DNA of 64,000 nt from Bacteroidia bacterium (GCA_041675505.1 JBAYTR010000005.1:53871-117870); one strand, 5' to 3'. Positions 12,240-24,418 are shown, numbered from the stretch's first letter. Notes: generated by a model not told the origin, from the letters alone. A program made the numbers and translations.

Positions 12240-12890
12240 ATGATTGTGGGAAAAAACATTTTCAAAGCCTACGGTAATGTTAAGGTTTTAAACGGAATAG
12301 ACCTTTCTATACAAAAAGGAGAGGTTGTTTCGGTTGTCGGAGCCTCAGGAGCAGGAAAAAGTACCCTTTTGCACATACTGGGTACATTAGATAAAGCCGA
12401 TGCAGGAGAGTTAATGTTGAACAACACAGCTGTTCACGCGCTTAAAGGCAATGAGTTAGCTGCTTTTCGCAATAAAAATATCGGCTTCGTATTTCAGTTC
12501 CATCAGCTATTACCTGAGTTTACTGCTTTGGAAAATGTGTGTATCCCCGCTTTTATTGGTGGAGTTGCCAAAGTAGAGGCCGAGAAAAAAGCCATGGAGT
12601 TGCTCGATTTTTTGGGCTTACCACAAAGGGCGCAGCATAAACCCGCAGAACTTTCAGGCGGAGAACAACAACGCGTAGCAGTAGCCCGTGCGCTCATCAA
12701 CAATCCCGCAATAGTGCTGGCCGATGAACCATCAGGTAATCTGGATTCGCACCATGCGGCTGAGTTGCATCAGCTCTTTTTCAGGTTGCGCGACCATTTT
12801 CAGCAAACATTTGTTATCGTAACCCACAACGAAACCCTCGCAAATCAGGCTGACAGAAAGCTGGTGATGAAGGACGGACGGATAATTTAG
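12240..12890 (+). CDS. ABC transporter ATP-binding protein (LolD/FtsE-like)
   Basis: Walker A 'GASGAGKST', signature '[10 protein letters not shown]', Walker B 'ILADEP' and H-loop are all present. Confidence 0.8.
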   Translation: MIVGKNIFKAYGNVKVLNGIDLSIQKGEVVSVVGASGAGKSTLLHILGTLDKADAGELMLNNTAVHALKGNELAAFRNKNIGFVFQFHQLLPEFTALENVCIPAFIGGVAKVEAEKKAMELLDFLGLPQRAQHKPAELSGGEQQRVAVARALINNPAIVLADEPSGNLDSHHAAELHQLFFRLRDHFQQTFVIVTHNETLANQADRKLVMKDGRII

Positions 12891-12953
12891 GTTGCAATTG
12901 CAACCTTTTGTGCGTAATTTTATCATGTATTAAGTCTGAAGCTGAATACCTTG

Positions 12954-15900
12954 ATGAAACACGTCTGTTCATTACTTCTGTTTTTTGCATTGAGTTTGTG
13001 CATTTACGCGCAGCCTGTTAATGATAGTTTTGCCCGCGCAGAAGAACTGATTATCCCTCAAAACGGCTACGGTACAGGGCAGTTTATTTCCAATAAAGTT
13101 CCGCTGGCAAACATTACCAAAGAACTTGGTGAAGCATTTTCCCCAATGCTGGTGAGTGCCGGTATGGATCGCAAAAGTGCCTGGTTTAAATTTACAGTAA
13201 ACAATACCCGGAGCGTAACCATTGATTTATTGCAAAAAGATACCATGGTCCCTCAAAATGCGGCCGGTTTAGCAATATATGAACGGGTAGTTGGTACGCC
13301 CAACATAGGTAACTTAAGCACTAAGCTTACGCCCATCAATAAATTCGGAAGCACATCTAACCTCTGCTTATCTCGGGGAGAATATTATATTCAACTTTGT
13401 GCCAGACATTATGCCACTGATACAGCTTGGATTAAAATAACTGTAAACATGCCGGGTTCACCCGACTATGACCAGATGAATACTGCAATGGATATGGGCT
13501 CCATAAGCGGGTATCGCACTACTTCATTGCAAGTTGGTTGTTTAAGTATAACCAACGAGAAAGAGTTTTTGCCATTAATTGGCAGTGATTATAAGGATTA
13601 TTCGAAGACAGCCTGGTTGATGGTGAAAACGGATAATTACACTGAAGCTTTCTCTATGTCCATGCGTGCTGCAGGTTTAGCTTATTATGGTAAGGACTCT
13701 ACCTTTTGGGGATACAGAATTTATTTTGGAAATATGGTAAATAACCCGACAGGATTAACTTGTATTGATTCAGGGGCAGTATACATAAGGAAGGGTAACT
13801 ACTTTAATAAACAAATAGACAGCGTTTGTAAATTATTGCCATACACATATTACACTATTCAGTTAATCTTTCATAAGAATGATGATTATACAATTTCTTT
13901 AGCCTTTCAAGAAGCGGGAAGTCAGCGATCGACTTCGTACCATCCTGCATATATTCCCTCTTCTCACAAGTTGGGGAGTTTGCCTATAGCACAAGGAGTT
14001 ATAACATCAGATTATTTTTCATGCGATGCCTTACTCAAAAATAATCTATGTGGTACAATTTCTCGAGGTTTTGTTGACGACAGTATTTTTACATCGATAT
14101 GGAATCCCGTAGATCAGAAATTTGACAAGATTTTTCAAAAAAACGATTCAATGCATCTCGGTCTGTGGTTTACATTTAAGCTAACACAAGATGGTCTGCT
14201 TGATATACATTCTCAAATTTATAGCTCCTCGGTATACAGAACTGCAAAGTGCATTCAGTTGTTTAAAGGAGATGCATCTATTAACTGCTATCTTTCATTG
14301 ATAGCCACATTAAAAGGTTATGGTGAGAACTTGTGTTTGAAAGCAGGGGAATATAGTGTTTTAGTTGTGGATGGTAAAAATGATGTCTACGGTATTCCTG
14401 GTTATCTTGGTTCTAATGTGATTACAAATTTATATTTTGTTCCTCTGGCAAAAGAAATTACCGCCTTTCATGATGAGCCGAATTTGGCAGATACCTTGGG
14501 TAATCTTTCAATTAAATTGGATGCATCTCCGATAGCAACTTTTGATACCAAGGAGTACAATGCCGGAGGCACAACAGATTCAGCAGTAATCGGAGGAAAG
14601 AATCTGTATGGTAGATTCACATACACTTCGTTTTATTTTGACCGTCCAGAATTGATTCGCATTGGCTTGTTTTCTGGAACAGGGAAAAAGCGTTCACCTG
14701 ATTACTATGTTATGGTCAAAGGGAAAGCAGTAGATATAGAGGATGCCTCCTGTCGTATCCCGTCTAAATACGGAGTTTTTGAATCACCCGGTTCATTCAT
14801 CTCTACCTGTCATTCTCTTGACTCAGGATGGTATACCCTTGTTGCTCAAAGTTCAACAGATTCATGTATTGAGTTTCCAGTTGGTTTCGGATTCAGAATA
14901 TGGCGTATTACACATATCACCACGCCTAACTATAATCAACCTCAAAAGGCACTGCTGGTTAATAGTGGTCAAGCACTTAGCTGGGCACCCAATAGCGGTA
15001 CTCCACAATTTCCAAAGACAAAAGCGATTTATTCAACAGGAGATCATTATTTCAATTGTATCCCAGATACCCCTTTTGCTGTTATACCAGGTTGCCAGCC
15101 ATCTTTAATAAATAACCAGCTGTTGCAAATTAATTATTATGTTTTCCAAATTGCGGAGAATAATACTTCGCTCAAAATCAGGACAAAGGATTATCTCACT
15201 AACTATCAGTCTTTTTTCGTACAATACTATCATTTGTTTAAGGGTAATTGTCTATCTAATTCTACCTTATTCGATGATACATTGAACAACATTTCTGCTT
15301 GTCAAGGTACTGTCACATATTGTGACCTTTCAGCTGGGTGGTACACGTTGGTGGTATATATGCCTAATACCATGGTGCCGCAATTAGCCAATTTTTATTT
15401 TGTGGTTGATAAACAGTATGTATCGACTTTTGATTATGCCTATAATAGTTACGATCTTGGTATGATTCCTCAGAATAATTCTGAAATAAAGTCGGCTCCA
15501 GATTTTTTCAGTTGTCGAACGGGTGCTGATACTAATAATATTGGTATGCATGCAAGTATACAGAGACCAAGCGGGAAGCCTGATTTTGTTCATCAGGATA
15601 ATGCAATCCCCAAAAATATATGGTACACATTTCAGGTTACTGGTACTGGCGATATCACAATAAAACCTTATGCTTATAAATACAATGGTGAGTATAATCC
15701 CTTTTCATATCAGGTATTTGTCTCCGATGATACCACAGGTCTGTCGTTTAATCAGCTAAAATGTGCTTCAGGCATAGACTCTACACTACAGCAAGGTTTA
15801 AAACGGGTAGCGCAAAATGGTGGGGCGATGTCAGACGGCACACCATCTTACATAACTTTTTCTAAAGCAGGGTGTGAAACCAGAAGGTATTATGTTTTGG

Positions 15901-18233
15901 TACAAAATGGAATACCTTTCAGAGATGTTTTTCAAGTGGAGCTGGGAGTTTCGTTCAAAGGCCTCGGATATCCGATTGAAGGAGACTATTGCAGTAATGC
16001 AGTTATACTAAATGCTTCTGCACCATCAACTGTTTCAGCAAAAGCAGTTGTGAATTGCCATACTGTTGGAGAAAGCTTTGGTGAAGACGGTACTAACATG
16101 GGGTGTTTGGGAGATAAAAATCAAGTGAAAACAACCTGGTTCAAATACACTTATCAATCGAACAATAAAGTCGATTTGGTTTTCAGCATAGTTAACCGAT
16201 CGAATTCGCCCTCCTCTATGATAAAGTATAGGGTACTTTATGGAAACTGTAAAAGTATGACCTCGGGTCCTTGTGTGGCAAATGGCACCGCTTCCTTTAA
16301 ACTGGATTGTATGTCGGCAGGAGAGTATTACATTCAAGTGGTTACACCACAAGTGACCGTGGGTGAGATTGAAATTCGTGTAACTGCCACCACTACGGTT
16401 TATCCTGTTTGCAAACCTTTTGACCTGAATAAGCCGTTCTCCTATTTCACACCTTATGGCGGGTGCGTGGATGGTAAAATAAAATTTACTAACTATTCTT
16501 CGCAGGGAGAAAATATTGTATACCGCTGGGATTTTGGTAACGGTACTTATTCTTCGGCATTAACACCTCAAGTGGAGTATACACAGAGATACACGGTCGA
16601 TACTTTTTCCGTGAAGCTGGTAGTTACAGATACAGTTTTACAAAAAGCTGATTCAATAACTATACCCGTATATGTGTATTATAATTCTGTATGGTTGGAA
16701 GCGGGTAGAGATACGGTTGTGAGTTGTGCGCAAGAGCTTATACAGCTCAAGGCTACAACCAATTACCCCTTCTCACAGTTTGAATGGTTTCCGGCAAATA
16801 AATTTAAGAATCCATATGAACAACAGCCTAAAGTAGTGTTGCCGGAAAATTTAGTATTCACTGTAAAGATGATAACGGAGAACTGTAGCCTCACTGATTC
16901 ACTTAAAATGTCTGTTATAGCAGATGATAAAATTGAGGGAGATTCTGTACTCAATTGTTATTCTTCACCTATCGTATTAAAAGGACCCGCAGGCTATTTT
17001 AATTATCAATGGTCAACAGGACAATTTTCTCCATCCATCACCGTAACTAAAACAGGTAAATATGCTGTGCGGATGACTAAGGGTTCCTGCCAGGTCAACG
17101 ACACCATTGAAGTTACCGGCAAAAATCCTCTATTGTTTAATTTGCCTAAGGATACTGTTATTTGTAAGACAGAACAGGTTAAGTTTTCCACTTCGTATAA
17201 AAACGTATTGTGGTCAACAGGAAGTACAGATACATCTATTTTGGTGAACACTTCAGGTAGTTATTGGATCAGAATTAATCACGAGGATTGTGAGATATAC
17301 GATACCATCTCTGTGCAAAAACACGATGTAAATGTATCATTACCCAAGCCGGTTATACTTTGTGAAGGTGCAACGGTTATGCTTCGGCCCGTGACTTCAG
17401 GCTCTCCATTTAGTTACCAATGGTCAACCGGTAGTACTGATTCTGTTTTGCAAGTAAGTCAAGGAGGGGTTTATCGTGTAGAAGTTGCACGCGACAGATG
17501 TAAAGCACAGGATTCCGCAGTAGTGCTTTTGCGCACTATTCCTTCAAGTCAATTGCCCAGCGACACCTTTTATTGTGATGAGCAACAGCTAACACTTAAA
17601 GTACCCGCTGTTTTTGATACGTATCAATGGTCAACCGGAAGTAATGCTCAGTCCATTCAGCCTTCAACTGAAGGTTGGTATTGGATACGTGTAACCAAAA
17701 ACAATTGCTCACGGGTGGATTCAGTAAAGATTGCGCGCTATATAAGTGAGCAATTTAGTTTAGGTTCTGATACTACTTTCTGTGGCGAGTTTGAACTTTA
17801 TCTGGATGGTGGTAATGCGCTTTCATATCAATGGCTTCCTCACGGGGAAACATCCCGAGTGATTTATGCTAATGAATACCGTTCTTTTGTGCTCCTCAGA
17901 AAAGATACACAACAATGTTTAACAGTTGACACCATCAGGATAAGCGAGTTTTGCGACCCTTCTATCTTTGTGCCAAATGCCTTTACGCCAAATGGCAACG
18001 GACTAAATGAGGTGTTTATGCCGGTAATGACGGATGTTGATGAATTTCAGTTGCTCATTTATAACCGCTGGGGCGAGTTGGTGTTTGAATCAACCAGTAT
18101 TGACAAAGGGTGGGATGGCACATTTAACGGTAAACCGGCTCAACAGGATGCTTATGTTTGGATGGTTTTTTTCAAAGGAAAAACATCAGGCAGCCGAAAA
18201 AATATTTCAGGTTCAGTAACCTTGTTGCGTTAA
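12954..18233 (+). CDS. Giant (~1760 aa) T9SS type-B CTD surface protein or adhesin with multiple Ig-like repeats in its C-terminal third
   Basis: Signal peptide 'MKHVCSLLLFFALSLCIYAQ'. Repeated 'Y.WSTGS..' modules. The terminal 'FVPNAFTPNGNGLNEVFMPV..IYNRWGELVFES' sorting domain is paralogous to the tail of ORF 2..2113. Confidence 0.75.
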   Translation: MKHVCSLLLFFALSLCIYAQPVNDSFARAEELIIPQNGYGTGQFISNKVPLANITKELGEAFSPMLVSAGMDRKSAWFKFTVNNTRSVTIDLLQKDTMVPQNAAGLAIYERVVGTPNIGNLSTKLTPINKFGSTSNLCLSRGEYYIQLCARHYATDTAWIKITVNMPGSPDYDQMNTAMDMGSISGYRTTSLQVGCLSITNEKEFLPLIGSDYKDYSKTAWLMVKTDNYTEAFSMSMRAAGLAYYGKDSTFWGYRIYFGNMVNNPTGLTCIDSGAVYIRKGNYFNKQIDSVCKLLPYTYYTIQLIFHKNDDYTISLAFQEAGSQRSTSYHPAYIPSSHKLGSLPIAQGVITSDYFSCDALLKNNLCGTISRGFVDDSIFTSIWNPVDQKFDKIFQKNDSMHLGLWFTFKLTQDGLLDIHSQIYSSSVYRTAKCIQLFKGDASINCYLSLIATLKGYGENLCLKAGEYSVLVVDGKNDVYGIPGYLGSNVITNLYFVPLAKEITAFHDEPNLADTLGNLSIKLDASPIATFDTKEYNAGGTTDSAVIGGKNLYGRFTYTSFYFDRPELIRIGLFSGTGKKRSPDYYVMVKGKAVDIEDASCRIPSKYGVFESPGSFISTCHSLDSGWYTLVAQSSTDSCIEFPVGFGFRIWRITHITTPNYNQPQKALLVNSGQALSWAPNSGTPQFPKTKAIYSTGDHYFNCIPDTPFAVIPGCQPSLINNQLLQINYYVFQIAENNTSLKIRTKDYLTNYQSFFVQYYHLFKGNCLSNSTLFDDTLNNISACQGTVTYCDLSAGWYTLVVYMPNTMVPQLANFYFVVDKQYVSTFDYAYNSYDLGMIPQNNSEIKSAPDFFSCRTGADTNNIGMHASIQRPSGKPDFVHQDNAIPKNIWYTFQVTGTGDITIKPYAYKYNGEYNPFSYQVFVSDDTTGLSFNQLKCASGIDSTLQQGLKRVAQNGGAMSDGTPSYITFSKAGCETRRYYVLVQNGIPFRDVFQVELGVSFKGLGYPIEGDYCSNAVILNASAPSTVSAKAVVNCHTVGESFGEDGTNMGCLGDKNQVKTTWFKYTYQSNNKVDLVFSIVNRSNSPSSMIKYRVLYGNCKSMTSGPCVANGTASFKLDCMSAGEYYIQVVTPQVTVGEIEIRVTATTTVYPVCKPFDLNKPFSYFTPYGGCVDGKIKFTNYSSQGENIVYRWDFGNGTYSSALTPQVEYTQRYTVDTFSVKLVVTDTVLQKADSITIPVYVYYNSVWLEAGRDTVVSCAQELIQLKATTNYPFSQFEWFPANKFKNPYEQQPKVVLPENLVFTVKMITENCSLTDSLKMSVIADDKIEGDSVLNCYSSPIVLKGPAGYFNYQWSTGQFSPSITVTKTGKYAVRMTKGSCQVNDTIEVTGKNPLLFNLPKDTVICKTEQVKFSTSYKNVLWSTGSTDTSILVNTSGSYWIRINHEDCEIYDTISVQKHDVNVSLPKPVILCEGATVMLRPVTSGSPFSYQWSTGSTDSVLQVSQGGVYRVEVARDRCKAQDSAVVLLRTIPSSQLPSDTFYCDEQQLTLKVPAVFDTYQWSTGSNAQSIQPSTEGWYWIRVTKNNCSRVDSVKIARYISEQFSLGSDTTFCGEFELYLDGGNALSYQWLPHGETSRVIYANEYRSFVLLRKDTQQCLTVDTIRISEFCDPSIFVPNAFTPNGNGLNEVFMPVMTDVDEFQLLIYNRWGELVFESTSIDKGWDGTFNGKPAQQDAYVWMVFFKGKTSGSRKNISGSVTLLR

Positions 18234-18793
18234 GCCTGCAACGCTTTTTCCAATAACAATAAGTACTCCTTCTGGGTAATTTCTACAGCACCCATAGTTT
18301 GCAAATGAGGGGTAATGTATTGTGTGTCCAGCAGCATAAAGTTATTTCTTCTTAGCCAATACACTAGTTCTACCAGGGCTACTTTGGATGCATCACGTTC
18401 TTTGTGAAACATGGATTCGCCAAAAAATGCTTTACCCATAGCCACACCATATAAGCCGCCTACCAGTTCATTCTGATTGTTGCGAGTTTCAAAACTGTAA
18501 CCGTAACCAAGTTCATGGAGTTGTAAAAAACATTGAATGATTTCTTCTGATATCCATGTATCATCTCTATCGGCACATGCACGAATGGTTCCTTCAAAAT
18601 CCTGATTGATAGTTACCTTAAACTTGCCGGAGTTAAGTGTTTGTTTCAGTGATTTGCTCACCTTAAGCTGATGCAAAGGAACTATACCCCGCAATTCTGG
18701 TTCGTACCAATACAAGGCATTGTCTTCACCCGGATGCGCCATAGGAAAGACTCCGATGGAATACCCGTACAACATTTCTTCCGGAATAAGCAT
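18230..18793 (-). CDS. aat: Leucyl/phenylalanyl-tRNA--protein transferase
   Basis: The 187-aa protein has 'GVFPMAHPGEDNALYWYEPELRGIVPL' and 'GYGYSFETRNNQNELVGGLYGVAMGKAFFGESMF', matching the Aat family. Confidence 0.85.
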   Translation of the reverse strand: MLIPEEMLYGYSIGVFPMAHPGEDNALYWYEPELRGIVPLHQLKVSKSLKQTLNSGKFKVTINQDFEGTIRACADRDDTWISEEIIQCFLQLHELGYGYSFETRNNQNELVGGLYGVAMGKAFFGESMFHKERDASKVALVELVYWLRRNNFMLLDTQYITPHLQTMGAVEITQKEYLLLLEKALQA

Positions 18794-18825
18794 GGCTGCA
18801 AAGATACAACCCTGCCCGTTTTACT

Positions 18826-20502
18826 TTACCTGTTTTGAGCCAGCAATGTTCCGTTTTCTGAAAGCCCCATAATAGCAGCAAGTTCTCCTTTGGTAATGTT
18901 GGAGGATATGGGTTTCAAATGAATGGGAATGGTACCTATTTTTTGATTGATTTTAGGCAGGTCATTTCGTTCCACATAATACAATTGCTGATTATCTCCT
19001 TGCACAATCAAAGCAATGGTATTTACGGTTGACAAACTGAAAGGAACAGAATAGAACCAGAATGCCGCATTGGCAGCTTTATCAACTACGGCTACTTGCC
19101 TCACTTGAACACCCTGCTGAGGGAATACAAATGAAGGAGCCACTTCAGCTTTGGCATACATACGGTACACCTGATCGCAGTTGTAAATACCCATGCTGGA
19201 TACGCTGAATAACTGGTTGGCCACCTGTAACGAAGAATCACGGAAAGAGTAGCTCCTTCTGCTTACTACATAATTCTGATAGTCTTTTTTGAGTTTAGCA
19301 TTAAAGTAGTTCTCTTTATTTTTAAGCATGATGTTGTACTTCCTGTAGTGTTTGGCAAAACGCACATGGGCATTTTTATCACGCGTAGGTGCCGATTTTC
19401 GGATATTAATATTAAGGTAAGTAAACCCTTTGTGGTTTTTCATTTCCAATGTGCAGAAATCATTGCCTTCTTTGTATTTAACCCGTAGATCAAAATATTT
19501 TCTTCCACTCTTGTACGCTTTAATAAATTCACGGTAGGGCATGGGCTCATCCAATGCCCATTTTCTGATGCTGAAAGTTCTGAGTTCATAAAATATCATC
19601 GACTCAGGTGCTTCGGCAATTTGTATGTATTCTACCTCACGTTCTTTGTTAAGAATTGGGACAATGCGAAACAAACTTCGGTTCTCACGTATGTAAGCAA
19701 AATTAGTTTCAATGGCGCGTCCTTCAGGAAATACACGTCTTTGTGCATACACCACACGGGTTGGTATCCTTTCGCGATTTTTGTCTTTGTCAAAATAGTA
19801 ATAATTGTCGGGGTCAGCATATCGGTCGGCAAAACTGGTAGTGTCGGGTAAACTTTTGCCGGCATTTGCAGAAGATAATGCCGGAGACGTGTTGATTTTA
19901 ACAATACGATTGTCTCGCTTTGAATCAGGTACAGGTGCCAGGTGAGTCCAGTTGCCATCCCGTTCATTCAGTCGGTAAAACTGGTATCCGCCTTCATCTG
20001 TGGGTGCGAACTTTACCTTTATCTCCTTGTTCGTTTTTAATTTTAAGGGAACATTGTTGTTCATGGTAGCATTCACCTCAAACATTCCTGCACTTTGAAA
20101 CAGCTGTTGTTGTTTGGCTGAATCATATTTCATCGGAATACCGCTGAGAAATATATCCAGCGGATTTTTAAATTCACGGTAAGTAACCGCAACCGGACCA
20201 GTTACAGGTTTACCATCAAGCGTTTCAAAAGCATCGGGTGGGATAATGAGGTAAGATGTTTTTCCGGTTGAAATAATGGTTTCTTTTACAACAGAAACGT
20301 TAATCATAAATGTTTGTCGGGGAACCTCCATACCGGGTAGTGGCGGAGTTAACTGCGGATGTTGTACAGCCGGGTGTTGATTTGATGTAAAAGCGTAGGT
20401 GAAATCTCTTTTTGGGAGTTGATTATTCTGAGCAAGAGCAACGGGGGCGCAGTACCAAACCATCAGTACCATTGCCAGTAGCGGGAGTTTGTTTATTCTC
20501 AT
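18826..20502 (-). CDS. Hypothetical secreted protein (558 aa)
   Basis: Signal peptide 'MRINKLPLLAMVLMVWYCAPVALAQ'. No motif I recognise. Confidence 0.5.
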   Translation of the reverse strand: MRINKLPLLAMVLMVWYCAPVALAQNNQLPKRDFTYAFTSNQHPAVQHPQLTPPLPGMEVPRQTFMINVSVVKETIISTGKTSYLIIPPDAFETLDGKPVTGPVAVTYREFKNPLDIFLSGIPMKYDSAKQQQLFQSAGMFEVNATMNNNVPLKLKTNKEIKVKFAPTDEGGYQFYRLNERDGNWTHLAPVPDSKRDNRIVKINTSPALSSANAGKSLPDTTSFADRYADPDNYYYFDKDKNRERIPTRVVYAQRRVFPEGRAIETNFAYIRENRSLFRIVPILNKEREVEYIQIAEAPESMIFYELRTFSIRKWALDEPMPYREFIKAYKSGRKYFDLRVKYKEGNDFCTLEMKNHKGFTYLNINIRKSAPTRDKNAHVRFAKHYRKYNIMLKNKENYFNAKLKKDYQNYVVSRRSYSFRDSSLQVANQLFSVSSMGIYNCDQVYRMYAKAEVAPSFVFPQQGVQVRQVAVVDKAANAAFWFYSVPFSLSTVNTIALIVQGDNQQLYYVERNDLPKINQKIGTIPIHLKPISSNITKGELAAIMGLSENGTLLAQNR

Positions 20503-20556
20503 GACTATCAGAGTTTATTATCAAACGCCAACAGCCAATATTAAATTGTACAGAAA

Positions 20557-21294
20557 TTACAGGTTAAAATGGTGGGATTCTTTGAAGAGTAAAATGAGTC
20601 CTATGCCTAAAATCAGGAATAGCACCAGCTTTTTGAATTTTTCTTGTGGTATGCGGTAGAGTAATTTTTTGCCAACCAGCGAACCGAAAAATGAAATAAC
20701 CAATAGTAGCGGAATAAGGTACCAATATTGTTTATCGAAGTAACCATAGCCCAAATACACCATGCTGCGGCTTAAATCCACACCTAAATCTACTGCTGCA
20801 GAAGTAGCAACAAATGTATTTTTCTCCAGATTAAATGCAGCCATGCTTATACCACGTATTGCTCCTCCGGTACCATTAAATCCGGCCAATAGTCCGGCTA
20901 AAGCTCCACTAAACAGGGCATTGTTTCGCGTTGCAGGTAATTGCAGTTTAGGTAACAAGAGTAAGGTGGCACTAAATATAACCAGAAAAAAGGCGAGTGT
21001 TAATTCGGCCAGTTCGAACGAAGTATGGGTACTCAGATAAGACCCTGCCAGCACCAGCAACACACTGGGAATGCCATAGTAAAGCAGAAGTTTTTTGTCT
21101 ATGCTGTTTCTGAACAGCAGCAGTTTGTTCACGTTACTGAACACGTGTAAAATGCCGGTAATGGCCAGCACCATGTTAAAACTGAAGAAAAACCTGGCTA
21201 TAGGAACAAAAAATACCGATGATCCGAAACCACCTACAGTTCCCAGTATTTCACATATAAAAGCGGCCAGTAAAAAAAGTATATCTAAACGCAA
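20557..21294 (-). CDS. Sulfite exporter TauE/SafE family membrane protein
   Basis: The 245-aa polytopic protein has two internally repeated halves with GxxxG-rich helices ('GTVGGFGSSVFFVP', 'GFNGTGGAIRGISMAAF'), typical of TauE/SafE. Confidence 0.65.
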   Translation of the reverse strand: MRLDILFLLAAFICEILGTVGGFGSSVFFVPIARFFFSFNMVLAITGILHVFSNVNKLLLFRNSIDKKLLLYYGIPSVLLVLAGSYLSTHTSFELAELTLAFFLVIFSATLLLLPKLQLPATRNNALFSGALAGLLAGFNGTGGAIRGISMAAFNLEKNTFVATSAAVDLGVDLSRSMVYLGYGYFDKQYWYLIPLLLVISFFGSLVGKKLLYRIPQEKFKKLVLFLILGIGLILLFKESHHFNL

Positions 21295-21327
21295 GCGGCT
21301 TTATTTAATTGAGTAGGGGACTTGGAG

Positions 21328-24015
21328 TTAGTTATCGTAGCCCAGATTAGGTGACAGCCACTTTTCAATGAAAGCCACATCTTTCCCTTTTCTTTGAGCG
21401 TACTCTTCTATTTGGTCTTTGTTTATTTTTCCAACACCAAAATATTTACTTTCAGGATGACCGAAATAAAAACCACTCACGCTGGCTGCGGGGTACATGG
21501 CAAAACTTTCTGTTAACGTAATACCTGCATTTTTTTCTGCCTGCAACAAGTCAAATAACAAACGTTTTTCTGTATGATCAGGACAGGCCGGATAACCCGG
21601 TGCAGGTCTGATGCCACGATAGCTTTCTTTAATTAACTCTTCAGTAGATAAGTGTTCTTCCTTGGCGTATCCCCAATATTCCCTGCGAACCAGTTCATGC
21701 ATTTTTTCTGCAAATGCTTCAGCAAGTCTGTCGGCAATTGCTTTAATCATGATGCTGTGGTAGTCGTCATGGTCTTTCTCGTATTGCTCCACTAACTTCT
21801 CTATGCCTATGCCTGTGGTTACAGCAAATCCGCCCATGTAATCCGTAACCCCTGTTTCTTTGGGAGCTACAAAATCGGCTAAGCAATTGTAGGTTTGTCC
21901 TTCTGCTTTCTCGCTTTGTTGACGTAAGAAATGGAAAGTATGTTTTTCATTGGCTGAAGTGTGGAGTTCAACATCATCTCCTACGGCATTAGAGGGCCAA
22001 AAGGCAATAACGGCTTTAGCCTGAAGAAGATTTTTTGCTATCACCTCATCCAGCATTTTGTTGGCATCGTTAAACAATTTTTGCGCTTCCACACCAACTA
22101 CTTCATCTGTTAGGATTTTCGGGTAACGGCCGGCCAATTCCCAAGTCATGAAGAACGGGGTCCAATCAATATAATCGCGCAATTCACTTAGAGGGAAATT
22201 ATCAAACACCTTCACTCCGGTAAAGCCGGGAGCAACTATATTTTTAACATCAACGTTAATTTTATTTGCACGGGCTTTTTCCAGCGATACAAAGTTTTTT
22301 TCGCGTTTGCGGTTTTTGTAATCTTCTCTGAACTGAGCATACTCTGCTTTTAAGTTGGCCTGAAAAGCAGGTCGGTTTTCTTTGCTGATGAGGCTTTGTG
22401 CTGCGGGTACACTCTTACTTGCATCCAGTACATGCACTACCGGACCACTGTAATTCTGATCAATTTTAACCGCTGTATGAACTCGAGAAGTGGTAGCTCC
22501 GCCAATCAGCAACGGAATATCCATTCCCAGCCGTTCCATTTCTTTAGCTACGTGAACCATCTCATCTAAACTGGGAGTAATTAAACCACTCAGGCCAATT
22601 ACGTCTGCTTTTTCAGCTTTGGCACGTTCCAGTATTTTATCAGCAGGTACCATTACGCCCATATCAACAATTTCAAAGTTGTTACAAGCCAGCACAACGC
22701 CAACAATGTTCTTTCCTATATCGTGCACATCACCTTTTACGGTAGCCAGTAAAATTTTTCCTTGTCCGCCACCTGCTGCTGCTCCGGCTAAACGTTTTTC
22801 TTCTTCCAGGTAAGGTGTTAAATAGGCTACAGATTTTTTCATAACCCGCGCACTTTTTACTACCTGAGGAAGAAACATTTTTCCTTGCCCGAATAAGTCG
22901 CCCACTATGTTCATACCAGCCATCAGCGGACCTTCAATCACATTAAGTGGCTTACCGTATTTTTTTCTGGCTTCTTCAGTATCTTCATCAATGTACTCTA
23001 CAATACCTTTTACCAAGGCATGGCTTAGTCGTTCCTCAATGGTGCCTTTGCGCCATTCCTCATCAATTACTTTTTCTTTGCCTTTACCTTTTACTTTCTC
23101 TGCATACTCCAGTAGTTTTTCTGTGGCATCATCCTTTCTGTCCAGCAAAACATCCTCTACATACTCCAGTAGTTCTTTGTCAATTTCATCGTATACTTCC
23201 AGCTGGCTGGGGTTAACTATGCCCATATCCATACCGTGTTTAATGGCATGGTACAAAAATGCTGAGTGCATGGCTTCACGCACTTTATCGTTACCACGGA
23301 AAGAGAAAGAAACATTCGACACACCTCCGCTTATTTTTGCTCCGGGCAGGTTTTCCTTAATCCATTTGGTTGCTTTGAAAAAGTCAATAGCATTTTGACG
23401 GTGCTCTTCCATTCCGGTGGCTACCGGGAAGATGTTGGGGTCAAAGATGATATCACCTGCGGGGAAGTGAACTTTTTCAGTTAATATTTTGTAAGCACGT
23501 TCAGCAATTTCAATTCTGCGCTGGTAGTTATCGGCCTGGCCAACTTCATCAAACAACATTACAATTACAGCTGCCCCAAAACGTTTTACAATTTTGGCCT
23601 GGCGGACAAATTCTTCTTCTCCGCCTTTCATGGAAATAGAATTCACCACGCATTTACCTTGCACACATTTTAATCCGGCCTCAATAATCTCCCATTTACT
23701 GGAGTCAATCATAACGGGAACACGTGCAATATCGGGCTCAGCCATAACAAGGTGAAGGAAACGGGTCATGGCTTCTGCGCCATCAATCATTCCCTCATCC
23801 ATATTGATGTCTATGATTTGTGCACCGCCCTGCACTTGTTCTCTGGCAACATCAAGCGCTTCATCAAAATTCCCCTCTTTAATCAATCGAAGAAATTTCT
23901 TTGAACCGGTAACGTTGGTGCGTTCTCCCACATTAATGAAATTGGAGCCTTCAAAAATGACTAGAGGTTCGAGTCCTGATAGTTTGAGGGTATAGTTTTG
24001 AGCAGTATTGGTCAT
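21328..24015 (-). CDS. metH: Methionine synthase, C-terminal polypeptide (pterin-binding, B12-cap, B12-binding and AdoMet-activation domains) of a split MetH
   Basis: 'GERTNVTGS' and '[13 protein letters not shown]' mark the pterin domain. '[15 protein letters not shown]' is the DxHxxG B12-binding motif, and an activation domain follows. The start is taken at internal 'MTNTAQNY' to avoid overlap with the upstream receiver gene. Confidence 0.9.
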   Translation of the reverse strand: MTNTAQNYTLKLSGLEPLVIFEGSNFINVGERTNVTGSKKFLRLIKEGNFDEALDVAREQVQGGAQIIDINMDEGMIDGAEAMTRFLHLVMAEPDIARVPVMIDSSKWEIIEAGLKCVQGKCVVNSISMKGGEEEFVRQAKIVKRFGAAVIVMLFDEVGQADNYQRRIEIAERAYKILTEKVHFPAGDIIFDPNIFPVATGMEEHRQNAIDFFKATKWIKENLPGAKISGGVSNVSFSFRGNDKVREAMHSAFLYHAIKHGMDMGIVNPSQLEVYDEIDKELLEYVEDVLLDRKDDATEKLLEYAEKVKGKGKEKVIDEEWRKGTIEERLSHALVKGIVEYIDEDTEEARKKYGKPLNVIEGPLMAGMNIVGDLFGQGKMFLPQVVKSARVMKKSVAYLTPYLEEEKRLAGAAAGGGQGKILLATVKGDVHDIGKNIVGVVLACNNFEIVDMGVMVPADKILERAKAEKADVIGLSGLITPSLDEMVHVAKEMERLGMDIPLLIGGATTSRVHTAVKIDQNYSGPVVHVLDASKSVPAAQSLISKENRPAFQANLKAEYAQFREDYKNRKREKNFVSLEKARANKINVDVKNIVAPGFTGVKVFDNFPLSELRDYIDWTPFFMTWELAGRYPKILTDEVVGVEAQKLFNDANKMLDEVIAKNLLQAKAVIAFWPSNAVGDDVELHTSANEKHTFHFLRQQSEKAEGQTYNCLADFVAPKETGVTDYMGGFAVTTGIGIEKLVEQYEKDHDDYHSIMIKAIADRLAEAFAEKMHELVRREYWGYAKEEHLSTEELIKESYRGIRPAPGYPACPDHTEKRLLFDLLQAEKNAGITLTESFAMYPAASVSGFYFGHPESKYFGVGKINKDQIEEYAQRKGKDVAFIEKWLSPNLGYDN

Positions 24016-24031
24016 AGAAAAATTGGTGTAA

Positions 24032-24418
24032 TTAAACGTGGTAAACAGCAGAGAGTTTTTCAAAAAGTTCTTCGGGTTTAAACGGCTTGGTGATAACATC
24101 ATTTATGCCGGCCGTCTTAGCATTTTCCTGTGTGTCGGAAGAAGCATCTGCCGTAAGTGCAAAAATGGGAGTGGTGGTATTGAATTTTCGTATTTCAACA
24201 GAGGCTTCAATTCCATTCATTACGGGCATATACATATCCATCAAAATAACATCATAAGTTCCTTCCGTACATTTATCAACGGCTTCTCTGCCGTTTTTTG
24301 CCACATCCGTTATCACCCCCCAGCGCTGCACAAATTTGGTAAGCACCAGTATGTTCATGTTATCATCTTCAGCAATAAGCATACGTAAACCGGTCAGGTC
24401 GTTTTTTACTTCACTCAT
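24032..24418 (-). CDS. Stand-alone response-regulator receiver (CheY-like) domain protein
   Basis: The 128-aa protein has 'LIAEDDNMN', '[14 protein letters not shown]', 'ALTA' and 'KPF', which are all the canonical REC residues. There is no output domain. Confidence 0.85.
   Translation of the reverse strand: MSEVKNDLTGLRMLIAEDDNMNILVLTKFVQRWGVITDVAKNGREAVDKCTEGTYDVILMDMYMPVMNGIEASVEIRKFNTTTPIFALTADASSDTQENAKTAGINDVITKPFKPEELFEKLSAVYHV

Noticed and set aside
22619-23484. Antisense ORFs (64-163 aa) inside metH
   Set aside because: The metH frame is strongly supported by conserved motifs. The antisense ORFs have low complexity.
24016-24102. Annotated 5' extension of metH overlapping the receiver gene by 71 nt
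   Set aside because: The conserved MetH N-terminus begins at internal 'MTNTAQNY' (ATG at 24015). The extension is non-conserved read-through.
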